A stretch of 64,000 nucleotides of DNA from Terriglobales bacterium. Its GTDB lineage: Bacteria; Acidobacteriota; Terriglobia; Terriglobales; SCQP01. Location: assembly GCA_050747905.1 (NCBI GenBank), contig JBOGKQ010000001.1, positions 122,661-186,660 on the forward strand. The letters are read 5' to 3'. Positions 19,050 through 32,868 of this stretch are shown piece after piece; position 1 is the stretch's first letter, and each line of letters begins with the position of its first letter. The notes beneath the pieces are model-generated. The model ran no database searches. It saw only the letters and a list, made by a program, of their open reading frames with translations, and was not told the origin of the DNA. The position numbers and the translations under genes were made by a program.

Positions 19050-19817
19050 ATGATGCATCCGTCCGCGCCCCTCGTCGAAGCCGGCACGCCACCGCCCGCC
19101 GCGGCCGCCGAGCCTAGGCTGCTGGTGGTCGAGGATGATCGCCATATTCAGCGCAGCATCACCTTCCAGCTCCAGCGCCAGGGCTACCGCGTGACCTGCT
19201 GCGCGGATGGCGAGTCCGGGCTCGAACAGGCCCTGCAGCATAACTACTGCGCCGTCGTCCTGGATGTCATGCTGCCCAAGCTGGATGGGCTGCATCTGTG
19301 CCGGCAGTTGCGGGAAAACCGCCCCGATTTACCCATCATCATCATCTCCGCCCGCGGCTCGGACGCCGACAAGATCACCGGGCTGGAGTATGGCGCCGAC
19401 GATTACCTTGCCAAGCCGTTCTCGCCCGCCGAACTCGAGGCCCGCATCCGCGCGCTGCGCCGCCGCGCCGGCACGCTGGACAACACCGACGCCGAGCCCA
19501 TCCGCCTCGGCCCGCTGTTGCTCGATTGCGCCCGCCATTGCCTCATCGTAAACGACACCACGGTGCGCCTCACCCCCAAGGAACTGGCCTTGCTCAGGCT
19601 GCTGTTGCGCGCCCCCGGCCGGGTGTTCACGCGCGAAAATCTGCTGGCTCAGGTCTGGGGATTTTCCTACGACGGCTATCAGCGCGCCGTGGATGCCCAC
19701 ATCGCGCGGCTCAAGGCGAAGTTGACCGAACAACTCGGTGCCGTTCCCGACTGGCTGGAAACCGTCTACGGCGTGGGCTACCGCGCGCGTGCGCCCGGTA
19801 TCCCCCGGGAGGGGTAA
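19050..19817 (+). CDS. OmpR-family response regulator (receiver + winged-helix DNA-binding domain)
   Basis: LLVVEDD...LDVMLPKLDG...ADDYLAKPF receiver domain, and a C-terminal RLTPKELALLRLL...VDAHIARLKAKL...VYGVGYR. This is the first ATG in the frame; the track start at 19035 is TTG. Confidence 0.85.
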   Translation: MMHPSAPLVEAGTPPPAAAAEPRLLVVEDDRHIQRSITFQLQRQGYRVTCCADGESGLEQALQHNYCAVVLDVMLPKLDGLHLCRQLRENRPDLPIIIISARGSDADKITGLEYGADDYLAKPFSPAELEARIRALRRRAGTLDNTDAEPIRLGPLLLDCARHCLIVNDTTVRLTPKELALLRLLLRAPGRVFTRENLLAQVWGFSYDGYQRAVDAHIARLKAKLTEQLGAVPDWLETVYGVGYRARAPGIPREG

Positions 19818-19821
19818 TTCG

Positions 19822-21207
19822 ATGGCCGTCGGACTGGGCGAGGCGCGCCTCCGCCTCGCCTATATCAACCAATATCGCGAGTTGGCGCTGGCCTTGCTGC
19901 TGGCGCTGGCGTTCTCGCTGCGCCTGCTCGGTTGGTCGCTGCCCTGGCTGGCGGTGGCGCTGTTCGGCCTCTGGTTTCTGCTGGCGTGCGGCTTCGTCCG
20001 CCTCAGCAATGCCGCCGCGGACGAGCGCCGCCTCAACCTGATTGAGTTCGGCTATTTCATCTGCGAGCTGGCGTTGATCACCCTGATCGCCGTCCGACTG
20101 GGCCGCGGCGATTGGCTGCCACTGCTGTTTTACCTGGTCACCATCCTGCACGCCCACATGGTGCTGCCGCGCCGCACCGCACTCGGCCTCACTGCCGTGG
20201 CGGCCGCCTGCTTTGCCCTGCTGCACGCCCACCGCGCCGGCTGGTTGCGTCACCCGCTGTCCCCCGCCGCCCTCCTCGGCCTGGTCGCCGTGCTGGCACT
20301 GGTCTACGGATTGGCTGGCCTCAGCGTGACCCGCTTCTCCCTTATGCTCAACCGCCAAGCCGAGGCGCTGCAGACCGCCAACCGCGATCTCAACGCCACC
20401 TCCAAAGAGCTCCGGCTGCACCGCGACCACCTCGAGCGCCTGGTGCGCGAACGCACCGCCCAGCTGGAGCGCGCCAATGCGGACTTGGTCCGCGCCAATG
20501 CCCTCAAAAGCGAGTTCCTCGCCAGCGTCAGCCATGAGCTGCGCACCCCGCTCTCCTCCATTCAGTCGTTTTCCGAGCTCCTGCTGCGCTACCCTGACGA
20601 GGACGCCGCCACCCGCTGCGAGTTTCTCGAAATCATCCACAACGAGACCGGCCGCCTCTCCCGCCTCATCAACGACGTGCTCGATCTGGCCCGCATCGAA
20701 GCCGGGCGCCTGCAGCTGCGCCCCCAGCCCGTCGGCCTCGTCGACGTGGTGCGCGAAGCCGTGGAAGTGTTCCAGATTCTGGCGGCGCAAGAGGATTTGG
20801 AGCTGCGCTGCGAGGTGGCCGAGGATCTGCCGCTGGTCGAGGCCGATCCCGACCGCCTGCGCCAAATCTTCACCAACCTGCTCAGCAACGCCTTCAAATT
20901 CACCGCCCACGGCAGCATCGTGATCGGCGCCAGCACCGGCAACGGAGAGATGCTGATCTGGGTCGCCGATACCGGTATCGGGGTCCCCCCCGGCGAGGAG
21001 GAGCACATCTTCGAAAAGTTCCACCAGCTCGGCGATACTCTCACCGGCAAACCCGCCGGCACCGGCCTCGGCCTGGCCATCTGCCGCGAGCTGTGCCAGC
21101 GCCTGGGCGGGCGCCTATGGGCTCAGCGCCGCCCCGAAGGCGGCAGCATTTTCTACCTCACCCTCCCCCTCGCCCCCGCCCGCGCCCGCGCCAACCTTGC
21201 ACCCTAG
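19822..21207 (+). CDS. Sensor histidine kinase
   Basis: ATG 5 nt after the regulator stop. N-terminal TM helices, a coiled coil, the H-box SVSHELRTPLSSI, and N/G boxes (LLSNAFKFT, DTGIGV, GTGLGLAICREL). Confidence 0.85.
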   Translation: MAVGLGEARLRLAYINQYRELALALLLALAFSLRLLGWSLPWLAVALFGLWFLLACGFVRLSNAAADERRLNLIEFGYFICELALITLIAVRLGRGDWLPLLFYLVTILHAHMVLPRRTALGLTAVAAACFALLHAHRAGWLRHPLSPAALLGLVAVLALVYGLAGLSVTRFSLMLNRQAEALQTANRDLNATSKELRLHRDHLERLVRERTAQLERANADLVRANALKSEFLASVSHELRTPLSSIQSFSELLLRYPDEDAATRCEFLEIIHNETGRLSRLINDVLDLARIEAGRLQLRPQPVGLVDVVREAVEVFQILAAQEDLELRCEVAEDLPLVEADPDRLRQIFTNLLSNAFKFTAHGSIVIGASTGNGEMLIWVADTGIGVPPGEEEHIFEKFHQLGDTLTGKPAGTGLGLAICRELCQRLGGRLWAQRRPEGGSIFYLTLPLAPARARANLAP

Positions 21208-22583
21208 AGCGGCGTAACCGCCTCCCTCCGCCGCCGCGCGAACCACACGTAGGCGGGCACGCCGACCAGGATGATCGCCAGCCCTAGGCTGGAGTAGCCT
21301 GGGTTCTGCCAATAGGTCACGCACAAAATCGCCGCCGCCGCGACGATAAAGACCGCCGGCAACACCGGATAACCCCAACTGGCGTAGGGGGCGCGCTCCC
21401 CCCGCCGCCGGAACACGAACAGCGAGGCTATGGCCAGCATGTAGAACAGCCATTCGGCGAATATCGTCAGCGTGTACAGCGTCTGGTAGGTGCCGCTCAG
21501 CGAGAGCCCCATGGCGAACAGCGCCTGAATCAGTAGCGATACGTCGGGCGTGTGGTGGCGCGGATGCACGTGCGCCAGGCGTTTGAAAAACAGCCGGTCG
21601 CGGGCCATGGCGAACGGCACCCGCGCACCCGATAAAATCGAGGAGTTGAGCGTGGCAAAAGCCGAAATCATGATCGCCACCGCCACCAGCGCCCCCCCGC
21701 TATGGCCCAGAAAGCGCGCCACCATGCTCGCAGCCACGTTGTTCGACGCCGCTACTTCCCCCGGCGTGAGCACGTAGAAATACGCCAGGTTGATGCCTGC
21801 GTAAAACAGGAACACGATCGCCACGCCGCCCATCATCGCCCGCGGAATGGTGCGCCCGGGATTGCGGATCTCGCTGCCCGCGAGCGTGAGGTCATTCCAG
21901 CCGTCGTAGGCCCACAGCGCCGCCACCAGCGCCGTGGCGAAACCGCCCACGCCCACCGCGCCCGGCAATTGTTGGCTGAAATGCGCCCAGCTCCCCTGCC
22001 CCCACGCAAACGCTGCCACCGTCAGCCCCGCCACCAGCAGCAACTTGAGCGCGGTGAACAGCGACTGCACCGCACCCCCGTGGCGCACACCGTAGTAGTT
22101 GACCAGTGTCACCAGCGCGATCACCCCGGCCCCCATCAGGTGCATGCCGCTGAGCGCGCTCCAGCCAAACAGCGCCGGTTGATTCAACCCCGGCCACAAA
22201 AAGCTCGCCGCCAGCGCAAAGCCGGCGCCGATGGTGGCCACCGAGGCCGGGCGCACGATCCAGAACATCCCCCAGCCAAACAGAAATCCGAACAGCGGCC
22301 CCAGCCCGTCGCGCATGTAGGCGTACTCGCCCCCCGCCTGCGGCCGCAGCGTCCCCAGCTCCGCATACGAGAGCGCCCCCGCCAGCGACAGGAATCCCCC
22401 CACCACCCACGCCAGCAGAATCCAGCCGATGCTGTGCACCGCCTGGATCATGTCCTTGCTGACGAAAAAAATCCCCGTCCCAATGAGCGTCCCCACCACC
22501 ATGGCGAGGCTCTCCCACGGTCCCAGCGCCCGGATCAGACCGTCAGTGCTCGTCGTGGGCGCGGCTGTGCGCGAGGTGTTCAT
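21204..22583 (-). CDS. APC-superfamily amino acid permease
   Basis: 12-TM-like profile with N-terminal ...LGPWESLAMVVGTLIGTGIFF. The ATG at 22583 was chosen; it overlaps the 3' end of the upstream symporter gene by 41 nt. Confidence 0.8.
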   Translation of the reverse strand: MNTSRTAAPTTSTDGLIRALGPWESLAMVVGTLIGTGIFFVSKDMIQAVHSIGWILLAWVVGGFLSLAGALSYAELGTLRPQAGGEYAYMRDGLGPLFGFLFGWGMFWIVRPASVATIGAGFALAASFLWPGLNQPALFGWSALSGMHLMGAGVIALVTLVNYYGVRHGGAVQSLFTALKLLLVAGLTVAAFAWGQGSWAHFSQQLPGAVGVGGFATALVAALWAYDGWNDLTLAGSEIRNPGRTIPRAMMGGVAIVFLFYAGINLAYFYVLTPGEVAASNNVAASMVARFLGHSGGALVAVAIMISAFATLNSSILSGARVPFAMARDRLFFKRLAHVHPRHHTPDVSLLIQALFAMGLSLSGTYQTLYTLTIFAEWLFYMLAIASLFVFRRRGERAPYASWGYPVLPAVFIVAAAAILCVTYWQNPGYSSLGLAIILVGVPAYVWFARRRREAVTPL

Positions 22584-24054
22584 GTTCGCCCGGCGGGGCT
22601 TGCCAGCAACTGATACCATACCCTACCCCAAACGTCACCCCCGTACCCGCCACCACGAACCAGGTGTAGGGCAGACCCAGCCGCGCCAGCACCAGCGTGA
22701 CCGCAATCCCCGCCACCAGGCCCGTAATCGCCCCCGTCTGCGTCGCCCGTTTGGTCAGCGTGCCCAGCAAGAACATACCCAGCAGCCCGCTGAACGGATA
22801 GGAGATGATCGCCAAGCCCGATTCCAGCACCGAGCGCGAGTGGCGGCTCGCGTAGGCCACTAGACCCATCACCACCATCCACCCCACCGTCGCCAGCCGC
22901 GACATCCACAGATAGTGACGCTCGCTGCGGGCGCTGCCTACAAACGGCCGGTAAAAGTCCACGATGGTGCTCGAGCTGAGCGCGTTCAGCGCCGCGCTCA
23001 GGTTTGACATCGATGCCGCCAGAATCGCCGCCAGCACCAGCCCGGCGACTCCTTCGGGCAAATGCTGCGCCACGAACTGCGGATACAGGCTGTCGTAGCG
23101 CCCGAAGGTGCCCGCCGCCAGGTGCAGCTCATGGGTCTGGTAAAAGGCGAACAGCGCCACGCCGATCACCAGAAACAACGCAAACTGGAAAAAAATCAAG
23201 ATCCAGCTCGCCAGCAACGCCCCCGAGCTCTCCCGCTGATTCCGCGCCGCCAGCAGCCGTTGCACCATGAGCTGATCGGTACCGTCGGTCGCCATGGTGA
23301 GAAACGTGCCGCCCAGCAGTCCTGACCAAAACGTGTAGGTCTCGGTCCACGAAAAACGGAAATGAAAAATGCGCAGCTTGTCGCCGTGGCTGGCGGCGAC
23401 GGCGGTCACCGTGTGCCACCCCTGTGGCAGCGCGTGCAGCAGCAGGATCAGGCTCAGCACCGCTCCGGCGACGTAAATGCAGATCTGGATGAAGTCCGTC
23501 CACACCACCGCCCGCAATCCGCCCTCGAATGTGTACGCCAGCGTCAGCACCGCCACCAGCGCCAGCACCGCCACCGGGCTCAGGTGGACATGCCATCCCA
23601 CCGGCAGGTGATGCAGGATCACGTCCACCACAATCGCCACCGCGTACAGCCGCACCCCCTCGGCCAGCGAGCGCCCCACCAGAAAGATCAGCCCTGCCAC
23701 GGTCCGCGCGCGCGCGCCAAATCGCTCCTGGATCAACTCGTAGGCGGTGAGCAGCTTGCCGCGGAAGTACGCCGGAATCAGAATCCAAACGATCAGCACG
23801 CGTGCGACCAGATAGCCAAACACCAGTTGCAGGAAGGCGAGGTCGCCGCTGAACGCCAACCCCGGCGTGCTGATGATGGTCAGCACGCTGGTTTCTGCCG
23901 CCACGATGGAAAACGAAATCGCCCACCAGGGTAATTGCCCGCCCGCCAAAAAGTAGTCGCGCAACGAGGGATTGGGGCGCCGCAGCCAGATGCCAAACGC
24001 GGTAATGGCCGCCAGGTAAACGCAAATAACCCAGAGATCAAGCGGGTGCAGCAT
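22543..24054 (-). CDS. Sodium:solute symporter (SSS) family transporter
   Basis: 503-aa polytopic protein. The N-terminus ...YFLAGGQLPWWAISFSIVAAETSVLT is typical of the SSS family. Confidence 0.8.
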   Translation of the reverse strand: MLHPLDLWVICVYLAAITAFGIWLRRPNPSLRDYFLAGGQLPWWAISFSIVAAETSVLTIISTPGLAFSGDLAFLQLVFGYLVARVLIVWILIPAYFRGKLLTAYELIQERFGARARTVAGLIFLVGRSLAEGVRLYAVAIVVDVILHHLPVGWHVHLSPVAVLALVAVLTLAYTFEGGLRAVVWTDFIQICIYVAGAVLSLILLLHALPQGWHTVTAVAASHGDKLRIFHFRFSWTETYTFWSGLLGGTFLTMATDGTDQLMVQRLLAARNQRESSGALLASWILIFFQFALFLVIGVALFAFYQTHELHLAAGTFGRYDSLYPQFVAQHLPEGVAGLVLAAILAASMSNLSAALNALSSSTIVDFYRPFVGSARSERHYLWMSRLATVGWMVVMGLVAYASRHSRSVLESGLAIISYPFSGLLGMFLLGTLTKRATQTGAITGLVAGIAVTLVLARLGLPYTWFVVAGTGVTFGVGYGISCWQAPPGEHEHLAHSRAHDEH

Positions 24055-24060
24055 GGCCTC

Positions 24061-24828
24061 TCAGCCCGCCAGCCCGAGCGCGGCCTCGACCGGCGGGCGC
24101 GGCAGCGCGGCCAGCGCATGCGGCCAGGCGCCAGCCAGCGCCGCCAGCACCTGCGGAACGTGATTCAAAACCCCGCCCGCGTAAAACACTATCGGTGCGC
24201 TCCACTGCAGCTCGCGTGTGCACGCCAGCAACAACTGGGCCAGCTCAATCCCGGCGTGCCGGAATAGCTCCTCGCCGGCGGGCGAGCTGAGCGCGGCCAG
24301 TTCCGGCACCAACCCCGCAAAGTTGCCGTCCGCCGGCGCCGCGGCTAAGCCCGCGCGTACCGCCTCTCTGCCGATCCAATCGCCGCTGCCCGGGTCCTGG
24401 CCGGGGCCCTGGCCGCCCGCGCGTGCCTGCCTCCCGCCATAAGCACCCCAAACGATCGAGCCCGTGCCGGAAATCACCACCAGGCCATCGCTGCCCCCGC
24501 TCGCTGCCCTCCACGCCAGCTCGGCATCGGTCATCACCTGCACCCGCGCCCGCGGCAGCAGACGCCGCAGTTCAGCCTCATACCAACCGTGGTTTGCACC
24601 CGCCGAGGCGAACCCGCCGCACACCCCCACGCACTCACCTGCCTCAGCCCCCACCGCCGCCAGCACCTCCCGGCACCCCCGCTCCAGCTTCGCCGCCACC
24701 GCCTCGGGCGCCGCCCGGCTCAGGCTGCTGCCTCCACCGCGGATGCGCACCATCTCACCGCCCCAACGCGCCCGCACGGCATACTCGGTTTTCGTTCCCC
24801 CGCCGTCAATGCCGAGCAAGATATCCAC
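24061..24828 (-). CDS. BadF/BadG/BcrA/BcrD-type ATPase (N-acetylglucosamine kinase-like)
   Basis: N-terminal MDILLGIDGGGTKTE phosphate-1 motif of ASKHA-fold sugar kinases, plus VVISGTGS. Confidence 0.7.
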   Translation of the reverse strand: MDILLGIDGGGTKTEYAVRARWGGEMVRIRGGGSSLSRAAPEAVAAKLERGCREVLAAVGAEAGECVGVCGGFASAGANHGWYEAELRRLLPRARVQVMTDAELAWRAASGGSDGLVVISGTGSIVWGAYGGRQARAGGQGPGQDPGSGDWIGREAVRAGLAAAPADGNFAGLVPELAALSSPAGEELFRHAGIELAQLLLACTRELQWSAPIVFYAGGVLNHVPQVLAALAGAWPHALAALPRPPVEAALGLAG

Positions 24829-24917
24829 GCCGTGATTTTAGGCGATGCTCCTCCAGAGTTGCCATACTGATTTCCTCGGCTGGCGCCTGGTCAGCTTGCT
24901 GCACTTAAGGTTGGCGC

Positions 24918-25643
24918 TTAGGGTTTTTGCGTCGGTCGCATCTGCACTTCGCTCACGAAGCTTTGCGCGCCTTGCGTAACCAACATCGCCACCACGTGGG
25001 CGACATCTTCCGCCCGCATCATTTTGCCGCGGTCCTTTTTGCCGACTAAATCCGGCGAAAGGTCGGTATCCACCGACCCGGGGCATACCAGGCTGACGCG
25101 GATACCGTGCCCGCGCAGCTCTTCAGCGACCGATACCGACAACTGGTGCAGTGCCGCCTTGCTGGCCGCATATACCGCGCCATTGTGCACCGGGTTGTGG
25201 GCCGCCAGGGAAGCGATATTGATGATATGACCACGCCGGTGTTGGATCATGTGCGGCGCCACCGCCCGGATGGCGAAATATGCAGACCGGACATTGGTCT
25301 CCATCGTCGCGGCCCAGACTGCGGGCGGAGTTTCGTGCAGCGGGGCATTAAACTGCCCAATGCCTGCGTTATTGACCAAAATATCCACTCGGCCGAAGGC
25401 GTCCAGCGTGCTGCGAATCAGCGCCCCCACCGCTGCTTCGCTACGTACATCGGTGAGAACAGCCCGGCCGGAATAGCCTTGGGCGGCCAGCGCCGCCACT
25501 GCCTCCGCCAGCCGGGTGGAGTTGCGGGCGGCCAGGACCACCGTGGCGCCCATGGCGGCCAGGCGCAGAGCGATGGCCCGGCCAATGCCTTGGCTGGCTC
25601 CGGTTACAATTGCTGCTTGCCCTTGCAATGGGGATTCTGGCAT
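24918..25643 (-). CDS. Short-chain dehydrogenase/reductase (SDR)
   Basis: TGASQGIGRAIA cofactor motif, NNAG and catalytic YAASKAAL. The start may be at 25643 or 25670. Confidence 0.85.
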   Translation of the reverse strand: MPESPLQGQAAIVTGASQGIGRAIALRLAAMGATVVLAARNSTRLAEAVAALAAQGYSGRAVLTDVRSEAAVGALIRSTLDAFGRVDILVNNAGIGQFNAPLHETPPAVWAATMETNVRSAYFAIRAVAPHMIQHRRGHIINIASLAAHNPVHNGAVYAASKAALHQLSVSVAEELRGHGIRVSLVCPGSVDTDLSPDLVGKKDRGKMMRAEDVAHVVAMLVTQGAQSFVSEVQMRPTQKP

Positions 25644-25719
25644 AGTGCGACCAACAGGCCTGCGGGGCATCCAAAATTCATGGCCTGAAACTTGCGCTTC
25701 GGACGACCTTTGACTATTT

Positions 25720-25725
25720 TATAAT
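25720..25725 (+). promoter_or_regulatory. Possible -10 element (TATAAT) in an AT-rich divergent intergenic region
   Basis: Perfect TATAAT 36 nt upstream of the ATG at 25762. A strong SD (AAGGAGAG) sits at 25751-25758. No convincing -35 at 17-nt spacing (TTGACT lies only 4 nt upstream). Confidence 0.25.
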
Positions 25726-25761
25726 CCTGCGCTTAGGAAAAGCCTTGCTCAAGGAGAGATT

Positions 25762-27084
25762 ATGAAGCTGTCCACAACCTTCGCCGCTGTGGCAACGCTC
25801 GCCGTTACCTGCTGGGCCGTACCATCGCCCGCGGTGCCGCCTGCCCCCCCATCCACCAGCGCCGCCTATTTCCAGGCTGCCGCCTGCCCTACGCCTGCCG
25901 CTGCGGCAAAGAAGGTATGGAAACATGGGCGTCCTGAATACAACGACCTGATCGCCATTGGAACTGCGACGGGAGCGGCGGCGAAGGCCAGGCTGGCGGC
26001 TGCGTTCGTCGAGAAATACCCAGATTCGGACTACAAAAACGACGCCCTGCTGATGGAAATGCAGGCCCAGGCCAGGGCCCCGGCGACCCAACCGGAAGCG
26101 CTGCAGACCGCCGCGCAGGTGTTGAAGTCCCCCAACGCCGAAGCCAACCAACTGCTGGCCGCCGACGTGATCGTCTCCTTTCTCGCCCCTAACCTGACCA
26201 AGCCTGGCGAGCCCGACTTGGAGTCGAAAATGCAGAATTTGCTCCAGGCAGCTACCTGCGGCGATCAAATGCTGTCCAACGCCTCGGCGGCCCAGCAGGC
26301 GCAATACGGCCTCATTTTCGGCAAGGCCAAAGGGTTCGCCCAACTCAACCTGAAAGACTATAGCGGGGCCATCGCCACCCTCAGCGCGGTGGCACAGAAA
26401 AACCCCACCCAACCGCTGCCCTATTACTGGATGGGGATCGCCGAGGTCACCCAGCAGACACCTGACTACAACGACGGCGTGTTCTATTTGGCCAAAGCCT
26501 CGGTGCTTTCACCCAGCACAACCGCCATCGCCAATTACCTCAATACCGTCTATAGCACCTATCACGGCTCTGCTGACGGCCTGCAAGACGTCATCAGCGC
26601 CGCCAGGAAAAATGCTACCCCGCCCGCCGGATTCAAGGTCCTGTCCAAGGTGGACATGGAAAACGCGGCCAACCTGGCCACCTACAAGGCGGAACTGGAA
26701 AAGCGGGCCAACGAACTGCCGCCGCCCAACAGCTTTGCGGGAATCAAGGCCCGGCTGCTCAAGCCCACCCTGGCCTCCCAGGAATGGAAGTCCGTCAAGG
26801 GCGTGGGCTTCGAGCTCAGCGGCTATGTCACCGAAATCAGCGACAAGGCTGTGACCATCGCGGTCGGTACCGACCCGGCTGCCCAGGGCGATTTGCACGT
26901 TACCCTGTTCCAGCCGCTGAAGACGAAGCGGCCCAAGGTGGGCGACAAGGTGACCGTGCAGGGCCTGGTGGACACGTTCAAGCCCAACCCGCCCGATCCC
27001 AATGTGCCGTTCATGCTGAGCATGAAGGATGGCAGCATTGAGGGCTTCAGCGCCAAAGCCGGTGAGCCCAGCGGCGGGCAGTAG
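25762..27084 (+). CDS. Secreted hypothetical protein (helical repeat N-region, beta-rich C-terminal domain)
   Basis: 440-aa ORF with signal peptide MKLSTTFAAVATLAVTCWA, a strong SD and coding-like third-position bias. It looks somewhat less GC-rich than its neighbours. I recognise no catalytic motif. Confidence 0.7.
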   Translation: MKLSTTFAAVATLAVTCWAVPSPAVPPAPPSTSAAYFQAAACPTPAAAAKKVWKHGRPEYNDLIAIGTATGAAAKARLAAAFVEKYPDSDYKNDALLMEMQAQARAPATQPEALQTAAQVLKSPNAEANQLLAADVIVSFLAPNLTKPGEPDLESKMQNLLQAATCGDQMLSNASAAQQAQYGLIFGKAKGFAQLNLKDYSGAIATLSAVAQKNPTQPLPYYWMGIAEVTQQTPDYNDGVFYLAKASVLSPSTTAIANYLNTVYSTYHGSADGLQDVISAARKNATPPAGFKVLSKVDMENAANLATYKAELEKRANELPPPNSFAGIKARLLKPTLASQEWKSVKGVGFELSGYVTEISDKAVTIAVGTDPAAQGDLHVTLFQPLKTKRPKVGDKVTVQGLVDTFKPNPPDPNVPFMLSMKDGSIEGFSAKAGEPSGGQ

Positions 27085-27097
27085 CCCTCTGCCCCAC

Positions 27098-30871
<3,774 letters not shown>

Positions 30872-30885
30872 ACTACAATGCCTGC

Positions 30886-31263
30886 ATGACGCGCAAGCGC
30901 AAGCCCCATTACAAGCTCCTGCCGTCGCAACCGGTGGGGCCGCAACTGTCGGCGCGCGCGCGCGCCATCGTGACCATCGTGCAGTGGGCGTTCTGGTTCG
31001 CGCTAGCCGGGATTCTGGTGGCGTTTTTCCTGATTCTTTCCCTGTTTACCCACTACCGGCTGGATCCGCAGGTCTGGCTGCGCCTCTGGCCGGCCTCCAT
31101 CCGCCTGATGACCGCCGATCCCACGGCCACCAAGATGGGCCGCCTGGCCTTGAGGCTGACCCTGGAAAACGGTTTGTTCTATGGCGCCGCCGGCTTCGTG
31201 CTGGGCTTTCTGCACGTTGGGTTCCGCTCCTTGCGCCGGCGCCTGCAGCCACGTTATAATTAG
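30886..31263 (+). CDS. Small two-TM membrane protein, hypothetical
   Basis: 125-aa ORF (MTRKRKPHYKLL...) with two hydrophobic helices. No recognised motif. Confidence 0.5.
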   Translation: MTRKRKPHYKLLPSQPVGPQLSARARAIVTIVQWAFWFALAGILVAFFLILSLFTHYRLDPQVWLRLWPASIRLMTADPTATKMGRLALRLTLENGLFYGAAGFVLGFLHVGFRSLRRRLQPRYN

Positions 31264-31272
31264 GGGCTCGCC

Positions 31273-31482
31273 ATGAAGGAAAAGATCCACCCTGCCTACA
31301 ACCCGGTGCTCGTGGTTTGCGCCTGCGGCAATAGCTTTGCTACGCGCTCGACCCATAAGGGCGATATCCACGTGGAAATTTGCTCGCACTGCCACCCCTT
31401 TTACACCGGCAAGCAGAAGCTGGTGGATACGGCCGGCCGCATCGAGCGCTTCCAGCGCAGATACGGTCGCAAGGCTCAATAG
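31273..31482 (+). CDS. rpmE: 50S ribosomal protein L31
   Basis: [22 protein letters not shown]...[27 protein letters not shown], a full-length match to the L31 pattern including the Cys pairs. Confidence 0.95.
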   Translation: MKEKIHPAYNPVLVVCACGNSFATRSTHKGDIHVEICSHCHPFYTGKQKLVDTAGRIERFQRRYGRKAQ

Positions 31483-31503
31483 ACGGCCACAACCAGTCGC
31501 GTC

Positions 31504-32868
31504 CTAGCTCCCCGCGGCCGTGCGCACACCGATTTCACGGCGCAGCGCCTCGGCGATGGCTTGGGTGTGGCGGGCGACCGCCTCGGCATCCGCGGCCTCG
31601 ACCATGACGCGCGCCAGCGCCTCCGTTCCGGAATAGCGCACCAGCACGCGGCCGCTCCCCTGGAATTCCACCTCGGCACGCTGGATCGCCGCCTGTACTT
31701 CCTCAAGCTCTTTCAGGGGCACCTTGTGCGCCACCCGGACATTTTCGATCTTCTGCGGCAGTGCCTGCCAGCCCTGGCACAGCGCCCGCAGCGAGCTCTG
31801 GCGCCGCGCCATGAGGTCGAAACAGTGCAGGGCGGTGAGCAGTCCGTCGCCGGTGGTGGCCTCGGCCGCAAAGATGACGTGCCCGCTGGGCTCGCCCCCC
31901 AGCCGGGCACCGCTGGCCTGCATGCGCTCGAGTACGTATTTGTCGCCCACGGCTGTCCGCTCCAGCCGGATCCCTTCGGCAGAGAGCGCCTTCTCCAGGC
32001 CGAAGTTGGTCATCACCGTCCCCACGACCACGGCCGGCTGCAGGTGCCCGCTGGACTGCAGTTCCCGCGCCGCCAACAGCAGCACGCCGTCGCCGTCCAC
32101 GATGTTGCCGGCGGCATCGGCTAGGATGGCGCGGTCGGCGTCGCCATCGAGGGAAACGCCGGCATCGGCGCCGCGTTCCCGCACCTGTTCGGCCATAGCG
32201 CGCGGATGCAGCGCGCCCACGCCGGCATTGATGTTGCGACCATCCGGGCACGCGGCGAGCACGTCGGCTCGCAGGCCAAGCCTGGCGCACAGCTCGGCAA
32301 TCACGCTGCTGGCGGCTCCGTGTCCACAATCCACCACGACGCGCAGCGCGCTGAAATCCGTGTACTGGAAGCGCTCGGCCAGATGGGCCACATAGGCCGC
32401 GCGCAACTCCGGCGCGGCCTGCAGCCGCGCCGGAGTTGCGGGACGATGGTTCCGGTAGGTTTCGATGCCGGCTTCGATAGTGGCCTCATCCTCGTCGGGC
32501 AGCTTGTAGCCGCCCGCACCGAAGATCTTGATGCCGTTGTCCTGATAGGGATTGTGCGAGGCCGAAATCATCACCCCGACGCAGAACTCGCCGCTGGCCG
32601 CCAGGTAGGCTACGCCCGGGGTGGGCAGCACGCCGGCATGGGCTACACGGAAGCCCCGCGCCTCCAGGCCGGCGGCGAGCTGCGCGGCAATGGCGGCGCT
32701 GCTCTCGCGGGTATCTTCACCCATCACCACCGTCCCCGCGCCGCTACCCCGCGCGATCTGCTCGTCACCCAGCGCCAACCCCACCGCATAGACGGTGGCC
32801 GGATCAAGCGGAGGCCGGCCCGCCACGCCGCGGATGCCGTCGGTGCCAAAGTAGCGCTTGTTACTCAT
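31504..32868 (-). CDS. glmM: Phosphoglucosamine mutase
   Basis: ATG at 32868 gives MSNKRYFGTDGIRGVAG. Phosphoserine loop GVMISASHNPYQDNGIK and metal loop DGDADR. Confidence 0.95.
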   Translation of the reverse strand: MSNKRYFGTDGIRGVAGRPPLDPATVYAVGLALGDEQIARGSGAGTVVMGEDTRESSAAIAAQLAAGLEARGFRVAHAGVLPTPGVAYLAASGEFCVGVMISASHNPYQDNGIKIFGAGGYKLPDEDEATIEAGIETYRNHRPATPARLQAAPELRAAYVAHLAERFQYTDFSALRVVVDCGHGAASSVIAELCARLGLRADVLAACPDGRNINAGVGALHPRAMAEQVRERGADAGVSLDGDADRAILADAAGNIVDGDGVLLLAARELQSSGHLQPAVVVGTVMTNFGLEKALSAEGIRLERTAVGDKYVLERMQASGARLGGEPSGHVIFAAEATTGDGLLTALHCFDLMARRQSSLRALCQGWQALPQKIENVRVAHKVPLKELEEVQAAIQRAEVEFQGSGRVLVRYSGTEALARVMVEAADAEAVARHTQAIAEALRREIGVRTAAGS